Below are positions 1-10,172 of a stretch of DNA of 64,000 nucleotides, piece by piece (within the stretch, counting starts at the first letter, position 1; each line of letters starts with the position of its first letter). Source of the DNA: an uncultured archaeon (GTDB lineage: Archaea > Aenigmatarchaeota > Aenigmatarchaeia > CG10238-14); contig CAYFYJ010000022.1 of the NCBI GenBank assembly GCA_964347415.1, positions 51,088-115,087 on the forward strand, read 5' to 3'. The notes beneath the pieces are model-generated. The model did not search any database. It saw only the letters and a list, made by a program, of their open reading frames with translations, and was not told the origin of the DNA. Both the position numbers and the translations under genes were made by a program.

Positions 1-1
1 C

Positions 2-1231
2 ATGCACAGAGCAGACCAACTCATAGAAGAAAAGACTGGAAAGTTTGTCGAAGGCAAATCAGTTAAAGAATTGAGTGATATCATAAAAAAAGAAAAAATT
101 AAATGTCCTAAGTGTGGCAATCCTTTATCAAACGTAAGAATGTTTAACTTAATGTTGGAGACTTATATTAGTCCTGTTGGTGGACAGACTGGTTATCTGA
201 GACCTGAAACTGCTCAGAATATTTTCACTGCTTTTCCAAGGGTTTTTCGTGCAACTAGATCCAAACTCCCCATGGGAATAGCTCAAGTTGGTCACTCCTT
301 CAGGAACGAGATTTCACCCAGGCATTTCCTGGTCAGAATAAGGGAATTTAGCCAGACAGAGATCGAGCTGTTCTACGACCCTAAGAGGCCAGAATGTCAA
401 AAATTCGATGAAATAAAGGCTAAGAAGCTGGTAATTTACACCCGAGAAGCCCAAAAGAACAATAGGAAGCCATTAGAATTAACGGCCGAGCAATCTCTGA
501 GAAAGAAAATAGTCCCGAACGAGTGGATGGTCTACTTTTTGGCTAAGGAATTCGAGTTTTACCAGTCTTTAGGTATCCCAAAAGACTGTTTGCGCTTCAG
601 GAACATGCTCAAAGAGGAAACTCCACACTATTCTTTAGGAAACTTCGACTTGGAGATAAAATTTGATTTTGGATGGAAGGAGACGGTTGGGAACGCTATT
701 AGGACCGATTATGACCTGAAAAAACACATGAAATTCTCTAAGAAAGATATGACTGTGTTAACAGAAAAAGGAGAAAAAACCATTCCATGGGTCGTTGAAC
801 CCTCTTTTGGTGTTGAGAGAACTATCGCCGGGATACTATTGCATTGTTTTGTAGAGGATAAGAAAAGAGGTTGGAATTGGTTTAAGTTTCCGGTAAAAAT
901 TGCTCCTTTCACTGCTACTGTTTTTCCGTTGGTCAACAGAGATAATTTACCAAAGATAGCAAGGGATATATACAGAAAATTAAAGAAAAATTTTGATGTT
1001 TTTTACGATGAGAGTGGCTCTATCGGAAGAAGGTATGCTAGGGCTGATGAAGTTGGAACGCCCTTCTCGATAACGATTGATTATGATACTTTAAAGGATA
1101 GTACTTGCACTATTCGGGACAGGGATACGACTAGGCAAGTTAGAGTTAAGATTGATGAGCTTGTTCCTATCTTGAACAAACTGATGAATGGGGAAATAAA
1201 GTTTGAGAAAGTTGGAAAGTTGATAAAGTAA
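2..1231 (+). CDS. glyS: Glycyl-tRNA synthetase, archaeal/eukaryotic type; C-terminal part, 5' end cut by the window edge.
   Basis: The translation matches the class II GlyRS catalytic and anticodon-binding regions (…YLRPETAQNIF…, CPKCG insertion). Confidence 0.85.
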   Translation: MHRADQLIEEKTGKFVEGKSVKELSDIIKKEKIKCPKCGNPLSNVRMFNLMLETYISPVGGQTGYLRPETAQNIFTAFPRVFRATRSKLPMGIAQVGHSFRNEISPRHFLVRIREFSQTEIELFYDPKRPECQKFDEIKAKKLVIYTREAQKNNRKPLELTAEQSLRKKIVPNEWMVYFLAKEFEFYQSLGIPKDCLRFRNMLKEETPHYSLGNFDLEIKFDFGWKETVGNAIRTDYDLKKHMKFSKKDMTVLTEKGEKTIPWVVEPSFGVERTIAGILLHCFVEDKKRGWNWFKFPVKIAPFTATVFPLVNRDNLPKIARDIYRKLKKNFDVFYDESGSIGRRYARADEVGTPFSITIDYDTLKDSTCTIRDRDTTRQVRVKIDELVPILNKLMNGEIKFEKVGKLIK

Positions 1232-1235
1232 AAAC

Positions 1236-1802
1236 CTAATGTTTTTCTTTCCTCATAACTGACAACATTTCTTTAAAAAAATTAATTAACTCAGGATTTT
1301 CAAGTGCTTCTTCTGTTTGCTGGTGATAGTGTTCTCTGATTACATTTTTATTACCATCTTTCTCATACTCTAAAGCTTGTAAAGACATTTCTAATTTCTC
1401 TACCTGCCTTACAAATTTAGCTTCTTTGGTTTTTCCTTCTTCAAATTCGAACCAAAGGTTAAAAATTTCGTCATAACCTTCTATCCCAGAAATCATTTCC
1501 TGAATAGCTTTTTTCTCTTTCTTTATTTTTTCCTCTCGAGAAGCAGCCTTTTCATATCTCCAATATGTGACGATATCACCTATTTTTGCTTCAGCCAAAT
1601 CATGAATTATCGCCATTTTCATAACTTTTTCCATGTCTAGATTTTTATTCTTACCGAGAAAAATACACATTAATGCAGTTCTAAATGTATGTTCGGCAAC
1701 AGTTTCAGGGTTTTCAACTTTATCGATAACCCAACCCTGTCTTTTCGTCTTTTTTAATTGGTTAACTTCATCAAAGAATTTTATGAGTTTTTCCCATTTC
1801 AT
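1236..1802 (-). CDS. HD-domain phosphohydrolase, YfbR-like 5'-deoxynucleotidase family.
   Basis: HD motif (…IIHDLAEAKIGD…) and the size fit the family. It sits in the dNTP-metabolism cluster. Confidence 0.55.
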   Translation of the reverse strand: MKWEKLIKFFDEVNQLKKTKRQGWVIDKVENPETVAEHTFRTALMCIFLGKNKNLDMEKVMKMAIIHDLAEAKIGDIVTYWRYEKAASREEKIKKEKKAIQEMISGIEGYDEIFNLWFEFEEGKTKEAKFVRQVEKLEMSLQALEYEKDGNKNVIREHYHQQTEEALENPELINFFKEMLSVMRKEKH

Positions 1803-1840
1803 ATAATCAAATTTCTATCTTTCAACCGGCGGATAGGAGA

Positions 1841-2362
1841 TTACTTAATCTCAATCTTACAATGAACCGGCAACTTCTTGCTCGCTCGTTTCAAAGCCAA
1901 CCTTCCAACATCGATATTCTTCTTGTTCACTTTTAATGACATTATCTTCTGTCCTTTCATAACTCTTGCCGCTCTTCCACTCGGTTTTCCAAACGCCTTC
2001 CTCATGCCACTCGAAAACCTATCGGCTCCAGCTCCAGTAGCCAGAGAGTGTTCACGCAACACATGATGTGGAAATACCAGAATCTTGAGAAAATAATTAT
2101 CAGGAACCTTCCTCTCAAGAAACTTATTCGTGACAACTCTAGATGCTTCCAAGGCATTATCCCTTATCTGGACAGAATGATCGGCAACCAAAGAAAGATG
2201 AGCATCAAACTTCTTATCAGCATTACCCATCTCGAAAACATGAATTTTCGAATAAGGAACACCAACTACGTAACTCTTCCTTGGCTTCCTCTTCGAGACT
2301 CTTGTCCAAGGTCTTTCCAATTTTCTTGTTGTTCTTCCTGGTCTCAATGCCATAAAAATCAC
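1841..2362 (-). CDS. rpl10e: Ribosomal protein L10e (uL16).
   Basis: N-terminal MALRPGRTTRKLERPWTRVS… is typical of archaeal L10e. Confidence 0.85.
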   Translation of the reverse strand: MIFMALRPGRTTRKLERPWTRVSKRKPRKSYVVGVPYSKIHVFEMGNADKKFDAHLSLVADHSVQIRDNALEASRVVTNKFLERKVPDNYFLKILVFPHHVLREHSLATGAGADRFSSGMRKAFGKPSGRAARVMKGQKIMSLKVNKKNIDVGRLALKRASKKLPVHCKIEIK

Positions 2363-2364
2363 TC

Positions 2365-2889
2365 CTAATTTACGTTCTTAATCTTTTTTAAGCTTTCTGT
2401 ATAAGCCTTGCTATCCTCCTCAACCCAATCTCTAACATCATGTTTTATAATGTTGCCGTTTCCCTCCAATGTCACGACCTGTCTTATTCCTGCATTTATT
2501 ATAAGTCTCTTACATCTTGGACATGGCAGACAAGGTCTTACTTTTTCATTGTTATCAACGCCCAGAGTAAACATCACTCCATCTAAAACTCTAGACCCAT
2601 GTCTTGCAGCGTTTACTATAGCATTTTCTTCTGCATGAACTGATGGACAACTTTCATATGTATCGTTATGATTCAATTTCAACATGTTTCTGCTACAACC
2701 CCCAGCTTCTTTACAATCAACAACTCCTCTGGCCGGGCCGGCATATCCCGTGGAGACTATAGCATCGTTCGCGACTATTATCGCCCCAAAACCCCACTTT
2801 CTACTATCGATACAAATCGACCTTCTGGCCACAGACTTGGCTATCTGCAAATAATATTCGTCCTTTGTTATCCTTCCCATCTTATTCAC
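2365..2889 (-). CDS. dCMP (deoxycytidylate) deaminase.
   Basis: Zinc-deaminase motifs HAEENAI and PCLPCPRC are present. Confidence 0.75.
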   Translation of the reverse strand: MNKMGRITKDEYYLQIAKSVARRSICIDSRKWGFGAIIVANDAIVSTGYAGPARGVVDCKEAGGCSRNMLKLNHNDTYESCPSVHAEENAIVNAARHGSRVLDGVMFTLGVDNNEKVRPCLPCPRCKRLIINAGIRQVVTLEGNGNIIKHDVRDWVEEDSKAYTESLKKIKNVN

Positions 2890-2897
2890 TTAGATTT

Positions 2898-3497
2898 TCA
2901 TTTTAACGAATTTATAATTTTCAGGATGTCTTCATGAACTTCTTTTTTACTCCTTTCCCCGTCTATCACAACCCATTTCCCAAGAACATTCTCATTTATT
3001 TCTCTCATGTACAATTCCCTTACTTTCCTCAAGAATTCTATTTCTTTCTCATACTTATCCAATTCCCCTTCACCCTTCTTCCTTTCCATGCTCGTCTCGG
3101 GTTTAATGTCGATGAAAATGATTGCATCGGCTCTGGGATACTTCAACAATTCAACTAATTTCATGGCATCTTCAAAAGGAAAGCCTTGAGAACAATGGTA
3201 GGCTATGGTGGATGTTATGTAACGGTCAGCTATCACAATTTTTTCATCCTTCAAACCAGCCTCTATTTTTGAAACGGAATTTAGTACATCCGTAGCAAAA
3301 GCAAGAAATGCCTGATCATTACTGAGTTCAAACTTTTCGTTCAGGTAATCAGATATCAATTGACCGATAGGATGATCATAATCCGGGGATTTAACGAATA
3401 CTGATGGGATATTATTCTCAGCAAAGTATTCTTTTAACAGTTCAGTCTGGCTTTGACCTCCTGCTCCATCCAATCCTTCTATTACAATAAAACCCAT
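2898..3497 (-). CDS. tmk: Thymidylate kinase (dTMP kinase), copy 1.
   Basis: P-loop IVIEGLDGAGGQSQ and the overall length match Tmk. Confidence 0.75.
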   Translation of the reverse strand: MGFIVIEGLDGAGGQSQTELLKEYFAENNIPSVFVKSPDYDHPIGQLISDYLNEKFELSNDQAFLAFATDVLNSVSKIEAGLKDEKIVIADRYITSTIAYHCSQGFPFEDAMKLVELLKYPRADAIIFIDIKPETSMERKKGEGELDKYEKEIEFLRKVRELYMREINENVLGKWVVIDGERSKKEVHEDILKIINSLK

Positions 3498-3538
3498 CTA
3501 ACCACGTACATAAATTTTTAGATAGTATAGATATATTT

Positions 3539-4054
3539 ATGGAAGTTGAAATCAGGGCACGCATTAAAGGCTTAGACAGTCTCAGAAACAAATTACTATC
3601 TATCGGAGCGAAATCTGTAGATAAGCTATCCCAAGAAGACCATTATTATTATCCTAAAGATAAAGAAAAATCTAATTTCGTGCTTAGAGTGAGGTCAACT
3701 GACGATGAACACCAATTGGTCTATAAAGCATTAACTGATATAGACGGTGCTTGGCATGAATTCTCTACTGGTATTGACAAACCAGATCAGGCGATAAAAT
3801 TACTACTTCATGCAGGGTTCAGGGAAATAGTGTTCATCAAAAAGAAGAGAGAAAAATTCAAGATGGACGAGTTCGAGATAAACCTGGATGAATTCGATGA
3901 ACCGAGGGATTTTGGTAATTGGATCGAAGCTGAAGTTATAACAGACGATTCAAAACAAGGAAAAGAGAAGATAAAAAAACTATTCAATCAACTGGGTATA
4001 AAAGATGAGGAATTCGTTCACAAAGGGTATCCAAGGATTATTCTCAAAATTTAG
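3539..4054 (+). CDS. CYTH-domain protein (triphosphate tunnel metalloenzyme, CyaB/ThTPase-like).
   Basis: N-terminal EVEIRARI motif and an acidic core are typical of CYTH. Confidence 0.5.
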   Translation: MEVEIRARIKGLDSLRNKLLSIGAKSVDKLSQEDHYYYPKDKEKSNFVLRVRSTDDEHQLVYKALTDIDGAWHEFSTGIDKPDQAIKLLLHAGFREIVFIKKKREKFKMDEFEINLDEFDEPRDFGNWIEAEVITDDSKQGKEKIKKLFNQLGIKDEEFVHKGYPRIILKI

Positions 4055-4554
4055 GTAACCTTCCCGCCCTGATATTTGCCGTCATATAATCTCACGTTTC
4101 CTTTAACTGTCTCGAACACAATCTGTCCTATCTTCGAGCCAATCTCAATCTCAAAAGTAAATTCGCTCAAGTTCTTCATTCCAAACGTCAAAGTTCCTTG
4201 AAATCCAGGATCTACTACTGCTGTATGCAAACTAACTCCACACCTGAACAAACTACTTCTCGGCAAGATTATGGCCATGACATCTTTTGGCATGTTCACC
4301 TTTTCCACGGTTTCGACTAACACAAACTCATTTGGTTCAAGTCTGACCTTATCACCAGGCCTATCAGAAACATTCTCAACATCTGGCGTCTTTCTACCTT
4401 CTGTACCCAAAAAACCACCATCCCTTAATCTGTAGACGCATTTAACCCTGAGGTCGACCCCACTAGGTTGAACATTCCTCTCATCAACATTTTCGATTAA
4501 AGATGGGTTCTGTTTCACTAATTTCAATATATCTTCATATCCGATTACTACCAA
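4051..4554 (-). CDS. dcd: dCTP deaminase (dUTPase fold).
   Basis: Length and motifs (…PSGVDLRV…, GFQGTLT) are consistent with Dcd. Confidence 0.7.
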   Translation of the reverse strand: MVVIGYEDILKLVKQNPSLIENVDERNVQPSGVDLRVKCVYRLRDGGFLGTEGRKTPDVENVSDRPGDKVRLEPNEFVLVETVEKVNMPKDVMAIILPRSSLFRCGVSLHTAVVDPGFQGTLTFGMKNLSEFTFEIEIGSKIGQIVFETVKGNVRLYDGKYQGGKVT

Positions 4555-4622
4555 AAAATCACCCTCTATAATTTTTTAGATATCATATTTATATTTCCTT
4601 CAATTTATTTTATTGTGATATC

Positions 4623-6092
4623 ATGGACGCTGATTCAAACACTGTATTGAACTATTTCTTTACTAATCCAGATAAGCCGATATTCTCATTCCGGAATCTA
4701 CCGCCAGAACTACAGAATTACATCTACTTAGGGATCAGTCGATTTCCAAGCGTAAGAGATAGGTTTCTAAAAATACTCAGGGATAAAGGCGTCTTAGAAA
4801 AGGTTGCCAACAACATAAGGGAAAATAAATTAACCAATACGATTCCTGCGGATGTTATTAAATTCGCGACTGAAAGGAATAGTGACATATATTTTAAATG
4901 GGGGCATGGTTCAAGCGCTGAAGGTGCATCTGTTTTCATAATCTCTGAGAATAACCCAATCTATGCTACTGGGGATCAACAAGATTTCTATTATCCGATG
5001 ACTACGATGGAATTTTCGACAAGATATGGAACAAGGTTTGATATCGACCATGTTTACTGGGATTCTACCCTGATGCGGTCTGAATTTGCTGATGAAATTA
5101 AGAGTGTTACAACAAAAAATCTTGAAATCTACAAGAATGGTTTTGACTCTGTATTGCGAGTCGCTTCGAAAAAACAGAGGGACCTAACAGACAAGGTTTC
5201 TGCTTTGGACGCGATAAGGTTCATAATACCGATATCATCTTATACGACTGTCATACTTGGCGGTAATGTTAGGTCTGTTTTTGAACACTTCAGAAAATTG
5301 ATGGCAATCGATGACAATTTCACGCGACATTATGTAAAGGAGTCATTGAAAGAATTATCAAAGGTGGTTTCTGGATATTTTGAAAGATTAGAACCGGATA
5401 ATCATGTTATTGAAAGAAACAAGAAACTTCACGAATACGCGAATGGGGTTTTCAAGAAAGAGTTCAAGCCAGTAAAGGAAGATGTTCAAATTTTCCATGA
5501 ATTACCACTCGAAGAACTGGCATTAACCCAGATCATCTATCCATTCTGTAGTTTACCGTTCAGTGATGTTTATGAAAAAATCTCTGGTTTTAACGGAAAT
5601 GAGAAAAAAGAACTTTTTGAAAAAGCAACTCTAGGAAGAGAAGCCAAGAAAAACCCAATAAGAGGGTTTGAAACAAGGCATCTCGTCTTCGAGGTAGAAT
5701 CTCCCTGGGCATACTGGAAGGATTTCAAAAGAAACAGGATGAATTTGAGATTCCAACAAGATATGCGTGGTCTTGCTGGGTTTGATACACCCGATCTCAT
5801 CCGGGAATCTGAAATTTTAAAGGAATACGAAGATGCACAGAAAAGAACTGCAGAACTCGTTGAAAAGGTTTACAAAAAATTCGGCAGGATGTCAAGAATT
5901 GTTGCAAGCCAAGGCTGTAGAAAAAGATATCTACTATGTATGGGACCAAGACAACTAACAGTATTGGGCGAACTCAGAACATCTGGTGGGGGCGATATAG
6001 GTTATAGAAGGATCGCGAGTAAAATGATAGAACTCGCGAAAGAAAAGAATCCAAGACTCTTTAGTCATATAAAAAATAATTTTAAACCCTGA
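4623..6092 (+). CDS. Divergent ThyX-like (flavin-dependent thymidylate synthase-like) domain protein with N- and C-terminal extensions.
   Basis: The central region carries ThyX-like motifs: …MEFSTRY… (SxRY-like) and AIRFIIPISSYTTVILGGNVRSVFEHFRKL (ARxxLP…T…NxRSxxHF). The canonical RHR is not evident. The gene sits in the dNTP cluster. Confidence 0.4.
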   Translation: MDADSNTVLNYFFTNPDKPIFSFRNLPPELQNYIYLGISRFPSVRDRFLKILRDKGVLEKVANNIRENKLTNTIPADVIKFATERNSDIYFKWGHGSSAEGASVFIISENNPIYATGDQQDFYYPMTTMEFSTRYGTRFDIDHVYWDSTLMRSEFADEIKSVTTKNLEIYKNGFDSVLRVASKKQRDLTDKVSALDAIRFIIPISSYTTVILGGNVRSVFEHFRKLMAIDDNFTRHYVKESLKELSKVVSGYFERLEPDNHVIERNKKLHEYANGVFKKEFKPVKEDVQIFHELPLEELALTQIIYPFCSLPFSDVYEKISGFNGNEKKELFEKATLGREAKKNPIRGFETRHLVFEVESPWAYWKDFKRNRMNLRFQQDMRGLAGFDTPDLIRESEILKEYEDAQKRTAELVEKVYKKFGRMSRIVASQGCRKRYLLCMGPRQLTVLGELRTSGGGDIGYRRIASKMIELAKEKNPRLFSHIKNNFKP

Positions 6093-6696
6093 TCCCTTTC
6101 TGTTTACAGTATTCCTCTACTATCTTAGTGATTTCTTTATGGATTTCTTCTGGATTTCTGTGATCGCCCCTAATGACGTGAGTGTTCTTGTGGTAGAACT
6201 TCAACCCAAGATAATTCTCCCTAATCCTCTCTAGTTTGTCAGCTGTTTCGAATATCTCGAAACCAAACCTATTCTTCGCAATCCTTTCGGCGCATACCTG
6301 TCCTGGAACGTTCAGTATAAATGTTAAATCCGGTTCTGGGAAATCAGAGTTTATCTGTTTTAACCAATCCAGATCTTCCTCAAGGGAACCAAAAGCTAAA
6401 GTTGATAACAGATAACGATCGGATATCACGTTGATGCCCTTTTTCAGGAACGGGATGATTTCTTTTTTTAGGTGATACGATCTATCAGCTGAGAATAAGA
6501 GTTGTAAAGTCTTCATGTTGACTCTCCATTCACCTTTTAGAATTGACCTGATTATACCCCCGATCAGACTGCTGGTAGGCTCTTTAGTCGAGAACACTCT
6601 GACGTTTCTTTTTTCGAACCATTTTTCCAATAAATCTGCTTGTGTTGATTGTCCTGAACCATCGGGCCCTTCAAAAACTATGAATATACCTTTCAT
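6082..6696 (-). CDS. Thymidylate kinase-like P-loop kinase, copy 2 (paralog).
   Basis: P-loop FIVFEGPDGSGQSTQ and a Tmk-like LID region are present. Confidence 0.65.
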   Translation of the reverse strand: MKGIFIVFEGPDGSGQSTQADLLEKWFEKRNVRVFSTKEPTSSLIGGIIRSILKGEWRVNMKTLQLLFSADRSYHLKKEIIPFLKKGINVISDRYLLSTLAFGSLEEDLDWLKQINSDFPEPDLTFILNVPGQVCAERIAKNRFGFEIFETADKLERIRENYLGLKFYHKNTHVIRGDHRNPEEIHKEITKIVEEYCKQKGIRV

Positions 6697-6703
6697 AAAA
6701 CCA

Positions 6704-7930
6704 CTAGAAAGGAAACTTAAACTTCTTCTTCTTCTTCCTTGCCAAGGACTTAATTCTTCTGATGTTTTGTTTTATGACTTCATTAGCTTTTTCAACATCT
6801 TTTTTATTGTTTCCCACACCAGATGTGTTGCCCACACCAACAACGATTATCTTTCCTCTCTCTTTGGTCCTGTCTATAGAAGCATCCAAAGCCTGTGTTA
6901 CTATAGGGACAGAATCCAATATCTCTTTTTTCATCGGTGTTATTGCTTCTTCTTGACTCATCTTGATTATGATTGAATCTAGTGGGAGGTTCTTTTTTAC
7001 GGCTATATTTTCTATGTACGTCTTTTCTACACCTATGCCGCCAATCGCCACTCCAACGCCTTCGGCTATCGTTCCGGTTTTTTCTCCCTCTAATTTTAAA
7101 GCAGCATCGATGGTTATGATTTTAGCAATATTACCCTTCCTTACTATTCTTTCAACAACCCTACCAGGATTACCAACCCTACCCCCTGGCCCCTTGGCTT
7201 TAACTATTATGATGTCACGTTTCTTGTATTTTTTCCTGCATACAACAGTCTCATCATCTGCTTCGATTGTTTTCGAATCGCCTATGAGAGCTGCAGCAGT
7301 ATAAGCTCCAATAGTATCTCCTACAGGCCAACCATTTGCTAAGGCCTCTGTCCCGTGCAATAGAGCTCTAGCCAACCTTTCGATTAAAGGAAGTTGCATT
7401 TGTAGTATCATGGCTAAGTTGATGCTCTTGGTCTTTTTGATCAATTCCACAAAATGTCGGACAAGCTTTGACAGCATGTAAAGACTTATGGCCCCAGACA
7501 AACCCATCATCGTGTTTGCCTGTTCTTCAGAGCTAAGTTTCGGAGCTACTTGATTCACAAAATACTTGAATCTATCCTTTTCCAAATCAACTAGATGTTC
7601 TAATTTTTTAACAACCCCGTAAGGGTCTAGGCTAACAGGAGAAATCACGAAGAATTCCAAAAACCTATTTACACTTCTCTTTAGTTTTGAGTCTGGTTTT
7701 TTACTGATTTTTTTCAGGACAGTTTTTTTCCCCTTGTCGGACATATTCTCGAGCAATTGAGCGCTCTTCTCTAATTTGAAGAGAATCTGTGTGACCATTA
7801 TCCTCGAGTAGAAAAATATAAACACTAGAAAGAGGATCAAACTGATCAATTGACCCCATATGCCTTCTCCGAGTTGTGCCAATGTGATATCAAAACTACT
7901 CAAACCAACACCTATGCTTAAATTTATCAC
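6704..7930 (-). CDS. Archaeal membrane protein, DUF1512-like.
   Basis: It has an N-terminal TM helix and a Gly-rich C-terminal region. The family assignment is from memory. Confidence 0.3.
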   Translation of the reverse strand: MINLSIGVGLSSFDITLAQLGEGIWGQLISLILFLVFIFFYSRIMVTQILFKLEKSAQLLENMSDKGKKTVLKKISKKPDSKLKRSVNRFLEFFVISPVSLDPYGVVKKLEHLVDLEKDRFKYFVNQVAPKLSSEEQANTMMGLSGAISLYMLSKLVRHFVELIKKTKSINLAMILQMQLPLIERLARALLHGTEALANGWPVGDTIGAYTAAALIGDSKTIEADDETVVCRKKYKKRDIIIVKAKGPGGRVGNPGRVVERIVRKGNIAKIITIDAALKLEGEKTGTIAEGVGVAIGGIGVEKTYIENIAVKKNLPLDSIIIKMSQEEAITPMKKEILDSVPIVTQALDASIDRTKERGKIIVVGVGNTSGVGNNKKDVEKANEVIKQNIRRIKSLARKKKKKFKFPF

Positions 7931-7950
7931 TGTATTATTATAAATATAGA

Positions 7951-8655
7951 GTGAATACCATGCGTCTCAAATTATTGCTGGGTTTATTCATCATAATTGT
8001 AATATTAGGTTTATTAATCTATTCCCCACAGGGTAGAGATTTCAGGATAAAGTATCTTGATCCTTACATGGGACCTGTTACTGGTTTCTTCAAGGGTATA
8101 ACTGGTCGGCTCGTCAAACAGCAACCAGTTAACAGAACTCTTGATATTACACTTGAAACTGATTTTAATGCCCTATCAGGTCAAAACTTTGATGTCCAGA
8201 ATTTTAACCTTGACGTAGAATTAGATTACGATTCTGCCACCATTTCTGATCTAGTCCTGAAAGACAGTAAAACTGCTAGTTTCAAAGCTACTGGCATGTC
8301 AGGAACCATTCAGATGTTAGGAGACAATAAAATGAATATTGTTGGTGATGCACCATCAGTAGAAATCGGGGGCATTGGCTTCTCTCCTAAACCAAATAAA
8401 GAAAAAATCGCTTTTTCCTTAGTAGGCACACCTATTAGCTTTTCTCTGGGTAACATAGGCAAAGATCAGATTGAAATATCTGGTGCTGATGGAACAGTAA
8501 CAGTTAAAGATTTGGGTCCCCTCCCCTTAGAGGGTGACAAATTAACCATGCAAAAATTTCAAGGAACAATTAGTTTAAGTGATGATATTCTTAAGATGAC
8601 AGGAAAAGTTGAAAGAGCTAATTTGAAAGGAATAGACTTGAGTTTAGAGATTTAA
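7951..8655 (+). CDS. Hypothetical secreted/membrane-anchored protein.
   Basis: An N-terminal hydrophobic helix is followed by a beta-rich body. Confidence 0.35.
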   Translation: MNTMRLKLLLGLFIIIVILGLLIYSPQGRDFRIKYLDPYMGPVTGFFKGITGRLVKQQPVNRTLDITLETDFNALSGQNFDVQNFNLDVELDYDSATISDLVLKDSKTASFKATGMSGTIQMLGDNKMNIVGDAPSVEIGGIGFSPKPNKEKIAFSLVGTPISFSLGNIGKDQIEISGADGTVTVKDLGPLPLEGDKLTMQKFQGTISLSDDILKMTGKVERANLKGIDLSLEI

Positions 8656-9785
8656 AGGAGCCTCATTTCTTCATTAACATCTCTTACTACATCACCAACA
8701 CGTCTCAGGTATTCTAGGTCGGATTTATATGAAAATTTAGGTAAACCACATTCAGGGCTAGCGTCTACCACTCGTTCCCAACCAACGTTTTCCCCTATTC
8801 CAAGTAATCTTTTTTTCATTACATCCTCAAGTTCAAGAAATACGACAGGGTTAATTTCACCAGATTTTATTTTTTTCCATTCCCCAGCCATTAATTGACC
8901 CAAATATTTAGGTACTGTTTCACCTTTTCGTTGAAGTTCTGTTCTTATTCTTTGATCTATCAGAGTATTTGGATCAGTCTTGCAAATGCTTGCAAAGATT
9001 TTTTTATCTGTATCTTTTAGAAGTCCTTTTGTTTCTGGTGATGTGTAAAGATGGTCATCTACATGTGCTTGGACAACTTCTAACGAATCTACATCCCAAA
9101 ATAATTTATCGGTTGTACTATGTAGATGCATAGACGTCGTAGCACCTTTTGACTTGGCCACGTCACATATAATTTCCCAGGATTTTCGTAATTCTTCTCT
9201 TTTAGGGGCATTTAAAATATCAATATTAAGATCATCAGATACACCTAACAAAGGATCATCTACACTAACACGTGCAGGACGCATATATTTGTTGCTGAAT
9301 GAAGTTTCTTCTAAGATTTTTGCGAGTATGTAACCTAATTCCTCAAAATTTACTGAACTTCTATTAGCAAAGGCCCAAGATAAACAATGAGGATCTGTAA
9401 GACAAATACTGTATTCAACTGGTCTTCTACCAACCTTTTCGGCGATAAACGCTGAATTCTTCTCTAAGACGTGAACTTCAGGTATATAACAATTCAATTG
9501 TTTTAGATTTAATCGGCCAACAACTTCATAACCACCTTTGGACTTCTCAATACCATCGATGAGTTGAAGGAACATTTCATTCATACCCAGTTTTTCATTA
9601 GCAATTTGAGGATAAGTGGGTTCATCGATTCTCTTGGCTTTATCTATAAACATTTTTACTATAATTGATCCAACATACTCCAAAGCATCTCTATCACCAG
9701 AATACAATAATTTAGTTCTAGCATCAACATATTGGTCAGAATTTCCTTCGAAACTAATACTTCCAATATCGGTTGATTTAATCAT
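8652..9785 (-). CDS. Cobalamin-independent methionine synthase (MetE C-terminal domain)-like protein.
   Basis: N-terminal …STDIGS…, a VSVDDPLLG (IQIDEP-like) stretch, and a C-terminal …SPECGLPK… resembling the MetE DCGL zinc motif. Confidence 0.45.
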   Translation of the reverse strand: MIKSTDIGSISFEGNSDQYVDARTKLLYSGDRDALEYVGSIIVKMFIDKAKRIDEPTYPQIANEKLGMNEMFLQLIDGIEKSKGGYEVVGRLNLKQLNCYIPEVHVLEKNSAFIAEKVGRRPVEYSICLTDPHCLSWAFANRSSVNFEELGYILAKILEETSFSNKYMRPARVSVDDPLLGVSDDLNIDILNAPKREELRKSWEIICDVAKSKGATTSMHLHSTTDKLFWDVDSLEVVQAHVDDHLYTSPETKGLLKDTDKKIFASICKTDPNTLIDQRIRTELQRKGETVPKYLGQLMAGEWKKIKSGEINPVVFLELEDVMKKRLLGIGENVGWERVVDASPECGLPKFSYKSDLEYLRRVGDVVRDVNEEMRLL

Positions 9786-9919
9786 AGAGATTATAGGTAT
9801 GTTAAAATATTAATAAAAAAGAAATTTTTAGAATTTTTCAACCAAAATTTTCATTTTGAATTGATTACTTATTTTTCGCTGTTTAGAAATACTTATTAGT
9901 TCTTATCCTAAACAAAAGA

Positions 9920-10075
9920 TTGGTGATTAAATTCGCAGAAATAGGTAAAACCTGCAAAAGATGTGGAACTTTCTTTCTTGGTAACAAATGCCCAAAATGT
10001 GGGAGTGAAACATTACCTGTAACACCAAACTCAATGACCAAGCAAGAGAAAAACCCAAAAGGCGTTTATAGTTAA
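9920..10075 (+). CDS. Small zinc-ribbon protein of about 51 aa, TTG/GTG start.
   Basis: Translation …TCKRCGTFFLGNKCPKCGSE… shows a CxxC-x10-CxxC pattern. It is below the ORF-track cutoff. Confidence 0.3.
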   Translation: MVIKFAEIGKTCKRCGTFFLGNKCPKCGSETLPVTPNSMTKQEKNPKGVYS

Positions 10076-10172
10076 AGCGTTATCCATAAATAACTAGAAA
10101 AATTCTAATTATACTTATAAAATTCGGGAAGAGGCGGTAAAATTCAAAGAAAAAATAATTGTAACTTCGGCC

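Noticed and set aside
1878-2368. Plus-strand ORFs 1878..2066, 2048..2368 and 2143..2355 overlapping the L10e gene.
   Set aside because: They are antisense to a strongly conserved ribosomal protein gene, and their composition is not protein-like.
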